The notes under the pieces are model-generated. The model saw only the letters and a program-made list of their open reading frames with translations. It did no database searches and had not been told where the DNA came from. The translations under genes were made by a program, and so were the position numbers. A stretch of 33,126 bases of DNA from Reclinomonas americana ATCC 50394 (lineage: Eukaryota). The stretch is taken from contig PS015191.1 in NCBI GenBank assembly GCA_048213135.1, positions 89,920 to 123,045 of the forward strand. The letters run 5' to 3'. Every line of letters starts with the position of its first letter. Position 1 is the stretch's first letter. Below are positions 23,101-33,126 of this stretch, piece after piece.

Positions 23101-25670
23101 ACGGTCAGCAACGAATGTGAACTTGTGACTCACACGCACACACAGAAGGAACTCACCGGTTGCACCCGTATCGGTAATATCAACGATACTGACGGCACCG
23201 AGAGCAGCCGGTGCGGTGCTTGGTGAGTTTGCAAATGCGAACGAATCGGAAATGACTCGGCGTGAGCTCGGCAGTCCACCTCGGCCATTGTCAACAATCA
23301 CCTAGCTCACGGCCATCAGTCCATCCCACACGAACAAGAAGTCACCAATAAAACAACGCACTTGAAACTGCGTCTGTGTAATCACGTTGCTGGTCTGCAG
23401 CACGACAATGAACGAACTCGCCGTCTTGACACTGGTGGGTTGCGCACCGCCGGCCACACCAAGAACTGCCATCGATCAATGGCCGTGAGATGCGAGATGG
23501 CGCAAAAGTGCAAGAGTGCGATGCAACTCACCCGGGTACGCCACTGCCGTCGACGGCAACGCATTCTCCACCGAACAGCCGCCGGAGCAGTCAGTGAAAG
23601 CATAGTCGAGAGACAGCGTGGATGCGACTGGCTGTCCAACATTGACTGGGCGTGCTACACAGAGAGCCACCCAATCGTAGCCGATCTAAAGAATAACATC
23701 GTGAGCGATTACAACTCCCAGCAAACAGCCATCCCATGCAGCGCACACGCACGCACCGCCATGGAGCGAGTACTCGATGCGCCTGAGCGGCTGCAGAGAA
23801 CGGGCGGATTGCTCTGCGCTCCTGCTGCGATGAAGGGAACCGCAACTGTGGCCGTCGGTCCTGCTCCATGGTCATTGACAGCGGTGACCTGCGCGTGCGA
23901 TGGGATGAGTGCGTGGCCTGCGCGGATGCAAGTGTTGTCGCAGCCTCACAAACCTGCACCGTGACCGCTTGCGTGCAGTTTTCAATACTGGCGACAAGCA
24001 TGCGGTCAGTCATGTCGGTGCTGGTGATGGAGGCGGTGCATCCAGCCGTCAACGGCACCGCCACCATGCTGTACGTGAGATCGCCCAGCAGCCCCGTGCC
24101 GCCGACAACCAGCGGCACGACAAACGACAGCGATGCCGACACAGTGGTCGCAGTTGGCGTGCGCCACACGCGCGTCAGCGACAGGGAACGAACTGCAGAA
24201 GGAACTGCACAGCATGTCTTGTCAACACGCACGATACAGCAGCAGCAGCAGTAGCTCGACGCAAACCAGCGGCTGTGGCTGTGGTGGTAAACGAGTATGC
24301 CGCCACCGTCGCAGTATCCTGTGTCACGCCAACACCGAGAGCATTGACGGCAGCCACACGGACTCGGTATGTCATCAGTGGCATCAGTCTGCCGACGACA
24401 ATCTGTTCCAATGCCCCAGCGAGCGTGCGTGAGACACACGGTGAAACCATCAGCTGTGGAGGAACCATCGAGCCCACCTGCGCGCCCGTAACACGACCGT
24501 TTGCGGTGAGCAACCGAACTGTGCCGCTGGCCGGCGTCCACGTGGTGGCGCTCAACTCTGCCACCTGCACGCAACAAGCTCAGCGCGCAGCCACTTCCGA
24601 TGTATTCTCTTGCGCACACGCTCGCTGTCTCACCTCCACATGAAAACCCGTAATCGTGCTCCCAATGGTGACCGGAACCGACCAGCTCAGCAGCGCTCCA
24701 TTGGCGGCCACGGCCTCCGCGGCCAGCACCGACGGCACAGAACCCGGTGTCTGTTTCCCACTCATGGTGTGGAACGACAGCGGCTGCACCGACCACGTAC
24801 CGAATCCCACACTATTGATTGCACGCACACGCGCCAAGTAGGCCGCGTCGGGTGTGAGGTCATCCAACGACGCCACCTGTCGCTTCTCACAATCTGCATT
24901 GAATGTGTTGGTCGACGCCACCGGCGGCGCCTGCCATGAGCTGCCCGTCACATCGCTGCGCTTGACCTGCACCTGATAGTACGGCGCCACCAGCGTCGTC
25001 ATGCCCCACAGCAGGGGAGCATTGAACGAAATCACCGCACCCGTGCTGGTGAGCCGATCCACGAGTAGAATCGACGGCGCCGCCGGTGTGCCCGAGATCG
25101 GCATGGTAAACGGAAGGGCAGTCGACGGCGTGCCACGACCATACGCGTTCACTGCGTACACCTGCTGATGGCGTGAGTCCCACGTGCGACGGGGAATGAG
25201 AGAAGAAGACGCACCACAGCAGAGTACGAGGCACCCTGCACGATGCGATGCTCGAACTCGGTAAGCACCGCCGATCGCGCCTCGCTTCCATCGACCGTCA
25301 CTGTTACATCCACCGGCACCGCGTCGCTCACCACCACGGCCTCGGCGGAGGTTCCGGCGGTGCGCACAGACGACACCACCACCTCGTATCCAGTCACCGC
25401 CGCATTGCCCCAGTTGAAGGGCCCATCGTCCCACGCCACCGTCACACTCGCTCCTTCATCGCTCTGCCCCACAGCCTTGATCTGCGCCGCCGTGTGAACG
25501 TCGATGAAGACACAGAGAGTGAGAGAGAAAGAGACAGAGGACGCAACGATGGCCACCCCGCGCGGTGCACCGGGTGAGCCAAGCACCGGTGAGTCAGCAC
25601 GGACCAGAAGCAGTGGAACAAAGAAGAAGAGGAGGAGGAGGAAGAAGAGAAGGCATTCTTGCCGCCGCAT
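17181..25670 (-). CDS. Giant secreted fibronectin type III repeat protein (~2100 aa, at least 12 FN3 domains), probably GPI-anchored
   Basis: Signal peptide MRRQECLLFFLLLLLFFFVPLLLVRA. Recurrent FN3 signatures (V/L-x-W-x-x-P; YRVRVAAVNALG, YLARVRAINSVG, YRIDVRAANAAG, YSVTVRAINGYG). Ends in a hydrophobic tail ...LRTILISSLVSAVVIALFL*. Internal exon boundaries were only partly traced. Confidence 0.82.
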
Positions 25671-25713
25671 CCACAGTTATCAAGCTTGCAGGACAACACA
25701 CCAACTCAATCAA
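25671..25713. promoter_or_regulatory. Putative bidirectional promoter region (43 bp) between the FN3 gene and HisRS
   Basis: Positional inference only: it is the sole non-coding DNA between two divergent start codons. Confidence 0.45.
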
Positions 25714-28700
25714 ATGGCGGAGAGCGAGGTGAAGACGGTGATTATCGGCGGCGGAGTCGGCGGTGCCGGCAAGGCCGGTGTCTCCATCGATGACTTGGTG
25801 CGCGTCTGCTACTCCACCGAGGCCTGGGAGACTGCAATTCCGCACCCGATGGCTCGTGCACGAGTGGCCATTGATCGCGCCGCAGTGCTGCGCATGACCG
25901 CCATTGCCGCGTCGGCCGCAGCCGGCAGCAGTGGAGGGGAGGAACAAGCGGCTTCGGTGGCGGCGTTGGTCGAGGGCGTCTTGCAGGGTGGACTGCCAGT
26001 TGCGTGAGTCGGGGGAGATGTGAGGACATGCACACCTCCCCCCTTGGCGCACTCCCTCTTCCTCTCCCTCTCTTTCTCCCACTGCATGATCATTACCGTA
26101 CACACATGCGGCACACTTGCCCCCCAACTGTGCCTCACATTGTCGCAAGTTGCATGCTCATGTTGGATGATGATGATGACATGCAGATTGCGCCCGAGTT
26201 TGTTCGTGGTCTGCTTCTGGTGCGTGCCGCGGCAGCATCGAGCACCGCGCACTCGGGAGTCTCCAAGAGCACCATTGAATACTTGGTGGCGCTGCTCAAC
26301 AGTGACATGACGCCGGTGGTGCGTGCGACTTGTCCCTCGCTGTGCAGTTGTGTGCATCAGTCGTGTTCTCAATCTGAGCCGAATGCAGCTCTTTGTTCCG
26401 GATAGCAACGGTGCGGAGATTGACCTGCGTGCCTACTTTGCCGCATTGCTGCTTGGTCGTGGTGCGTGCCCGCCTCTCTCTTTGAGTGTGTACGCAGCAG
26501 AGCTGATGGCTGGCATGATCAGGAAACTGCATCTGCAAGGGCGCGTTTGGTGAGCTGTCTGGTGCTCTGTCGTTCTTCAAGGTGTCGCTGCCGACGCCAC
26601 CGACTGTGGCGGAGATCGATTTCCTTGCGCTGAATGCGGCTGCTACGCTGTCGATTGTGGTCGCTGCCGTGACGCAGTATCGTGCAGAGGTGTGTGTTTA
26701 TGTGCGCGTCCTGTGCTTGCCGGTGTTGTCTCATCTCGCCATTCGTGCATGCTAGTCGCTGGTGGAGACTGCTGACCTCGTGGCGAGTTTGTATTTTGAG
26801 GCACTGGGACGACCGGCTGNNNNNNNNNNNNNNNNNNNNNNNNNNNNNNNNNNNNNNNNNNNNNNNNNNNNNNNNNNNNNNNNNNNNNNNNNNNNNNNNN
26901 NNNNNNNNNNNNNNNNNNNNNNNNNNNNNNNNNNNNNNNNNNNNNNNNNNNNNNNNNNNNNNNNNNNNNNNNNNNNNNNNNNNNNNNNNNNNNNNNNNNN
27001 NNNNNNNNNNNNNNNNNNNNNNNNNNNNNNNNNNNNNNNNNNNNNNNNNNNNNNNNNNNNNNNNNNNNNNNNNNNNNNNNNNNNNNNNNNNNNNNNNNNN
27101 NNNNNNNNNNNNNNNNNNNNNNNNNNNNNNNNNNNNNNNNNNNNNNNNNNNNNNNNNNNNNNNNNNNNNNNNNNNNNNNNNNNNNNNNNNNNNNNNNNNN
27201 NNNNNNNNNNNNNNNNNNNNNNNNNNNNNNNNNNNNNNNNNNNNNNNNNNNNNNNNNNNNNNNNNNNNNNNNNNNNNNNNNNNNNNNNNNNNNNNNNNNN
27301 NNNNNNNNNNNNNNNNNNNNNNNNNNNNNNNNNNNNNNNNNNNNNNNNNNNNNNNNNNNNNNNNNNNNNNNNNNNNNNNNNNNNNNNNNNNNNNNNNNNN
27401 NNNNNNNNNNNNNNNNNNNNNNNNNNNNNNNNNNNNNNNNNNNNNNNNNNNNNNCGGCGCTCGAGCAGGCACTCTACGATGTGTCGCACCCGCACAAGGT
27501 GTGCTGCGATGATGAATCTGCTCTCTTTTCTTTCTCTATCTCTGCTCCTCTCACGCCCCACGCAGGGCATGATCCGTTCGGCAGAGGTTTTGCGTGCCGT
27601 CACAGACGGAAGCAAGTTGCTGATCAAGTCGACGACGGCCAAGTCAGGCGATGAGGCCGACGAGGCGGCTCCGCCGGCGACCGGTGGTGAGAGTGCTGCT
27701 GCGGGTGGCGATGACAAGGGTCGACGAAAGAAGGGTGGAGCGGCGGCGCCTGCCGGAGGAAAGAAGGGAGCAGCGGCTGGCAGTGGCAGTGGCGCTGAGT
27801 CCACCGCCGAGGCCGCGGTGGCGCCCGGTGCGTGGTCATCAGTGTGTCAGGCTCACGGTGTCGCTCGTGACGCACTCTCCGTCAGTCACGGTATGTCGAT
27901 GTGTGTGCTGCGTGTGTGTCAGAGCATGCACCTTATCGCCACTGCCGTGTAGAGCGTGTTGCGGTGGAGTTGCGCAGCGTGGAGCCCGGCAGTGCTGCAG
28001 AGACAGTGTCGCGTGGCGGCGCATTCAATGGAGCCGTCGTGTCGCAAGTGGCCGCATCATTGGCCTTCACTCTGCAGTCGCTCGCGGCGGCCTCGTACGC
28101 ACGCTTCCGTGAGCTGGTGCAACAGGGGGCGGCCGAGGCGCACGCATCTGAGCTCTTTGAGGGTCGCTTGAGCGATGTCGCGGTGCGTCTCTCTCTCCAT
28201 TCCGGTGCTCATCTTTTCCTTGAAGCGACTCATGGGAACCTGTGAATGTTGTTTTGGCAGGGTTTTGTGGTGCGTTCTGCCGCCGTAGTGGAGCGCAACT
28301 TTGAGGTTGTCGGTGGTGGTGACGCGACTGAAGTTCCGCCGGCATGGCGACGTGCGCTGTTGACGTCGAGTGTGACCGATGTGTTGCTGTCGGTATGCGA
28401 AGCGCGGCCACGCTTGTCTTTTCCTCGTTTGTGTCTACGACTTACGCACTTGAATGATAGGTCCTCTCGGCCGAGGCGGCGTGCTCGGTGCACATTTTGG
28501 GTGCGATGGAGAAGACGCTGCGAGACAAGGTGTTGGCGAAACTCGGCGACAGTTGCGTGTGCTGGGACCCCGACGCGCCATTGATCCACGCTAACCGCCT
28601 GCGCGCAGAGCCGGCCCCAAAGAAGCTGCCGAGTCTCGTTCTTGGCAAGGGCACTCGCCTGTATCGCGATCTCCTGGCCGAGCGCCACACCGTGCCTGCG

Positions 28701-30926
28701 TCGGTGTGTGTGCTTCTTGCATCCGACCATGTGTTCACCAGTCGCTGACAGTATGTTGCACAATGCACAGAACCCAGAGGATGTGCAGCAGCTGGTGCAA
28801 GCGCTCACTCTCTTCTGCGACCCGTTCGACGTGGCTCACCGACAGGCCACTCGCGAAATCGTCGAGTCGCTGACCACCACCAGCATGCGCAAGGCCAAGA
28901 CAGCCAAAGTGCGCAAAGTATTCACTGACCACGTTTGGCAGGCACCAGTGTGTCTCATTACCCGCTGCAGGGCGCACGCGACTACGGACCAGCTGAGATG
29001 GCCATTCGCGAAAAGGCTTTCAACATCATCACGCGAGTGTTTAAGCGTCACGGCGCCGTCACGATCGACACGCCGGTGTTTGAGTTGAAGGAGACCCTGA
29101 CTGGCAAGTACGGCGAGGACTCGAAGCTCATCTACGATTTGGCCGACCAGGGAGGCGAGCTGCTGTCGCTTCGCTACGACCTCACGGTGCGCGAGTCGTC
29201 AGCCGCTGCCTTTCTTGTTCAGCACTTCACTTACTTATTATTGCTCGGACGTGTTCACAGGTTCCGTTCGCCAGATACGTCGCCATGAATGGTGTGGGCT
29301 CCATCAAGCGCTACCACATTGCTCGAGTGTACCGCCGCGATCAGCCGGCCATGAACAGCGGCCGGTATCGCGAGTTCTATCAGTGTGTTGCGTCGTCTTG
29401 CTGCCCGAGTATGGTGGGCACTACGTGCTTGCGGTTTCCTCATGCACGTTGCAGGACTTTGACATTGCTGGTTCGTTCTCGGCCATGCTGCCCGACGCAG
29501 AAGTGGTCAAGGTGCTCGAGGAGATTCTGAGCGAGTTGGATATTGGCTCGTTCATGATCAAGGTCAGTGCAAGTATCCACCTCTCTCTTGTGAACTGTCC
29601 TCGACGCTGATGCGTTCTTTTTTTGGTCGGGCAGATCAATCACCGCGTGCTGCTCGACGCCATGATGGCGGTGTGCGGCGTGCCGACGAACAAGTTCCGC
29701 ACCATCTGCTCCTCCATCGACAAGCTCGACAAGGTGTGTTTTGTGCGATGGGACCATTGCAAGTGTCTGCTCCAGTGACTCACTGACTGCCCCCGTCGTC
29801 GCGTGCAGAACTCGTGGGAGGAAGTGCGTGCGGAGATGGTGAACGAGAAGGGTCTGGAACCGGAGGCCGCCGACCGCATTGGCGAATTTGTGTCACTGAA
29901 GGGTGTGTGTCTCGTGTGCGCTAGTGGATTGATTGCACACTCTTTTACCTGACTCCAAATGTGCCACAGGCAATCCGCACGAGCTGCTCGAAGTCCTCCG
30001 TGGCAACGCGCTGCTCGCAGCCAGTGCCGACGCACAGCGCGCTTTCGAGGATCTCAACAAGCTGTTTGACTACCTGCGCGCCATGGACGGCCTCAACCAC
30101 GTGTCATTCGACTTGAGTTTGGCTCGTGGCCTGGACTACTACACGGGAGTCATCTACGAGGCGATGGTCACCAGTGCGTACCTACGTCGCTCTACCGTAC
30201 CGCATGATGGTGCTGAACTTGTGCCATTCGTGCAGCCACCGATCGTGTGGGCAGCATCGCCGGTGGCGGTCGTTACGATGGCCTGGTGGGCATGTTCCAC
30301 CCGTCAGGCAAGCAGATTCCGGCCGTGGGAGCCTCGATCGGCATTGAGCGTGTGTTTGCATTGTTGGAGGAGAAGGAGAAGCAGGTGCGCGCGCGGTCTC
30401 GTGTATTTCGTATTCCCTCGCCGTCTGGCTCATGACGTGGTGTCTCGCACAGCTTGGTCTGCACGAGCAGACTCGCGCATGCCCGTCACAGATCTATGTG
30501 GCGACTATTGGCAAGGGTCTGATGGAGGCCCGCCTGGCCATCGCCAGCGAATTGTGGCGTGCCGGTCTGCCAACGTCGTACTCCTATGCCGAGAACCCCA
30601 ACATCAAGAAGCAGCTGGATTCGGTGCTGGAAGATGCCATTCCGTTTGTCGTGGTGCTGGGTGAAGACGAAGAGAAGGCTGGTGTGGTCAAGGTTCGCCA
30701 TTGTTTCCTTGTGTGTACGACGATAGCATACCGCCTTGCCGTATTGTGCTGACTGTGCTACTGTGTGCAGGTGAAGGACATGGCGCTGCGAACGGAGGAG
30801 ACGATTTCGCGGGCCGACATGGTCGCCCACTTGCAGGTGTTGTGCGCAAGACCACCCATCCCGGTGGTTCCACAGCCAGCTGGTGAGAGTTCGGCTGGCG
30901 AGGGAAGCGGCTCGTCGTCACAATGA
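25714..30926 (+). CDS. HARS: Cytosolic histidyl-tRNA synthetase with N-terminal histidine ammonia-lyase-like domain
   Basis: HisRS motifs [92 protein letters not shown] and SIGIER. The N-terminus has HAL-like segments ([41 protein letters not shown]). Confidence 0.93.
26820..27454. other. Scaffold gap (635 N) inside the HisRS gene
   Basis: Run of N. Confidence 1.
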
Positions 30927-31051
30927 TGCGGCAAAAAGTCAATTTGGTAGAGTGAGAGCAAGAAAAGAGAAAGACTGAGTTTGGAATACACATGATTAAC
31001 AATCCATTCATTAGCTTGCGTTTGTTGTTCTCCGTCGCCCGACTCGCAAAA

Positions 31052-33126
31052 CTATCGGGTATCCCAGTCGCCCCACGCCCGTGCCACTAACCGGCGCTGA
31101 CTTTCGCGGACTAGTTGCGTGCTTCGCGGATTCACCGTCGGTCGGAAAGACGGCGTGATATTGGCGTAGCGCATTGTGTCGTCGGACACTCGTGGTGGTT
31201 CCGGATTGGCGGGGTCGCCCTTGGCAAAGTACAGGCGATCCACAATGTTGGCAATCTCGCGTTGCGAGCGCACCACTGGCGGCGATACGCGGCCGCTAGC
31301 GGTCGGAGACGTATCCCGCACCGATGTCAGCGGCGGCACGCGTGGCCGACGCTGCACCGAGTCTCCGCTTGCCGAGCCCATCGAGGCAGCTGAAGACGAC
31401 AGGCCGCTCTCTGGTGGCCGCAGCTGCAAATGGAATGGAACAACCTGCGGCGTCTCCGCCGAGCTGGCGCCACCGGACTGGGCGGCGGCATGTCCATTCG
31501 CAGCTCCAGGTTGGAACAGACGATGCTCGTACTCCGTGGCCGACCCAATACCGCTGCTGGGTGTGGCACCACGCTGTCGGGAATTGGGGGTGACAGAGCG
31601 GCGGCCGGCACGCACACCGGGTGACGGTGAACGCGACGAGGCCACAACGCGGTGGCGCAAGAAGCTCTCAATGGCCCCGCTGCTGGCCTCGATGCTCTCC
31701 AGTGCACGCTGTCGCTCCTCTTCGCTCCGCATACTCGGCTCTTGCGGCGGCTTGTACAGACGCTCCACCACCTACGCACACACTCGGTCAGACAATGCAC
31801 TCTCGCAGTCTTGTCTTCTGTCGCCACGTACCGGTGTTCCGGCATTCCGCCGCTGCGCGAGTCGCTGTGACTTTTGATTAATATCAGGCGACGGCCTTCG
31901 TTCCTTCTCTGCCTCCTTCTGCGTCCGCTCCGCCAGCTTTCCGCGATGCTCCTCCACGCCCTTGGCCCAGTTCTCCAGGTCCTCCAAGCCACGCTGCAGC
32001 TTCTTCGACTTGTCGTTAATGTCGGGAGTGAATGTCAACTCCTTGTCGGTCTGGCTCTTGACCAGCGCAGCCGTATGCTGTAGTGCTGCTTCGCGTGCTC
32101 GCAAAAACGCCTCCTGCCGCGCCAGCAGGCTGCCGCTCTTGCGCTGCGACAGCAGCTGCACGCTCTTGGCGCTGATCTTGGGCGAAAAAGTGGTCTCTGC
32201 TGCTTCGCGCGCCTCTAGATCGGCACGCAGCTCAGACACACGCTGCTCACGGCGGGCGAGGAACTCGCGCTGTCGCTGTTGGAGCGACATGCGACGAGCT
32301 CCGTTGGGGATCTGAGACATCTTGCGATCCATGATGGCGCGACTGCGCGGTGCCATTTGCCAATGCTCAGGCTCACCCCGCTCGGCACAATGCTCGTGAG
32401 CTGCAACACACGTCAGCACACAAGCAATACTGGCGAGAAAGAGAAAAAGAGTCCGCGAAAGCATACCGTGCTGATGCAGGTGGTGCTGACGATCGTGTTC
32501 CGCCTTGGCGTCGTCGTGCACGTCCGCATCCGCCTCCTCCTTGTGGTTGGCAGAGGCCTGACTGTGGCGACCCGAGCGCCGACCAGGGGACGACTGACGC
32601 GACCAGCCAGTCACACTCGAAGCACGGGTGCTTCGGCGGCGACCACTGCTGCCAGGCGTAGCCGACGCAGTGCCACCACCANNNNNNNNNNNNNNNNNNN
32701 NGGCGTTGCGAGGAGTCGACCTCCACCGCCGCCGCCACCACCACCACTCTCGCGTGGAACGGAGGTGATGCAGGCGCCGCCGTTTGTGCCAGACCACGCG
32801 CGCCAGTCGTCGGTCGATGGTCTGTTTAGCGAGTATGTTGCTCGGCAGTCGTCAGCCGGAGTCATGCGCGACATGTACGTTGGTGGGCTTGGCCCGGCGC
32901 TCACATCGCTGCCGCCTCCCGAGGACCGTCTGAGCCCGCCGTCTTCAATGATGCACCGCGTCGCCGGCACACTTCCATCCGCTCCGCCCAATGTGCCACC
33001 ACTGAAGATTGGCAGCGGTGCGAACGATGTGCACGGAGTGCCGACGCTGACGGTGGACGGCATTCTGCTCGACTCGGACGACGAGAAATCGGGTCGCAGT
33101 GCGCAGCGAAGTGCGTCGGCCTCTCG
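31052..33126 (-). CDS. Partial (5' end outside the window) uncharacterised S/R/G-rich protein with repeated TFxPxI[NS]xxSxxL motifs
   Basis: Long minus-strand exons joined by two GT-AG introns (near 32467-32401 and 31830-31772), with stop TAG at 31052. Four copies of the motif plus two (E/D)RLY motifs. Confidence 0.65.
32682..32701. other. Small scaffold gap (20 N)
   Basis: Run of N. Confidence 1.

Noticed and set aside
25681-25688. Palindromes in divergent spacers (CAAGCTTG at 25681, AGTCGACT at 4219, GTCGAC near 7425) as a shared bidirectional element
   Set aside because: The word differs between spacers, and GTCGAC is common throughout coding sequence here.
7455-30926. Alternative genetic code or pseudogenes to explain fragmented ORFs
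   Set aside because: The stops and frame changes I traced fall in GT-AG introns, and the spliced conserved genes are intact with the standard code.
1-33126. CRISPR arrays, transposons, Introner-like repeated introns, tRNA/rRNA genes
   Set aside because: I saw no spaced direct repeats, terminal repeats, transposase/RT motifs or cloverleaf patterns, and introns share only microsatellites and splice signals. A covariance-model search would be needed to exclude small intronic RNAs, e.g. in the longer introns 7807-7935 and 25999-26186.

Overview
Compact, intron-rich eukaryotic (probably protist) genomic scaffold. It is GC-rich, reads with the standard code, and has roughly 90 short GT-AG introns, mostly 60-90 nt. 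I reconstructed 9 protein genes by hand: a GIGYF-like GYF-domain gene split over three N-gap-separated contigs, two of which appear inverted; a mitochondrial ribosomal protein mS25-like gene; a class I SAM methyltransferase; the queuosine salvage glycosylase QNG1; a ~2000-aa coiled-coil protein; a type-1 deoxyribose-phosphate aldolase with an N-terminal extension; a giant, probably GPI-anchored fibronectin type III repeat protein; a histidyl-tRNA synthetase fused to a degenerate histidine ammonia-lyase-like domain; and a partial gene with TFxPxIN-type repeats. The most unusual signal is a frequent class of 5' splice sites shifted by one nucleotide (GTTGCGT, i.e. GT-N-NNGT), most of which lack both the -1G and the +5G. 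Gene spacing is also extreme, with divergent start codons only 43-77 bp apart. No RNA genes, transposons or CRISPR arrays were recognised. All exon models are manual and untested against transcripts.
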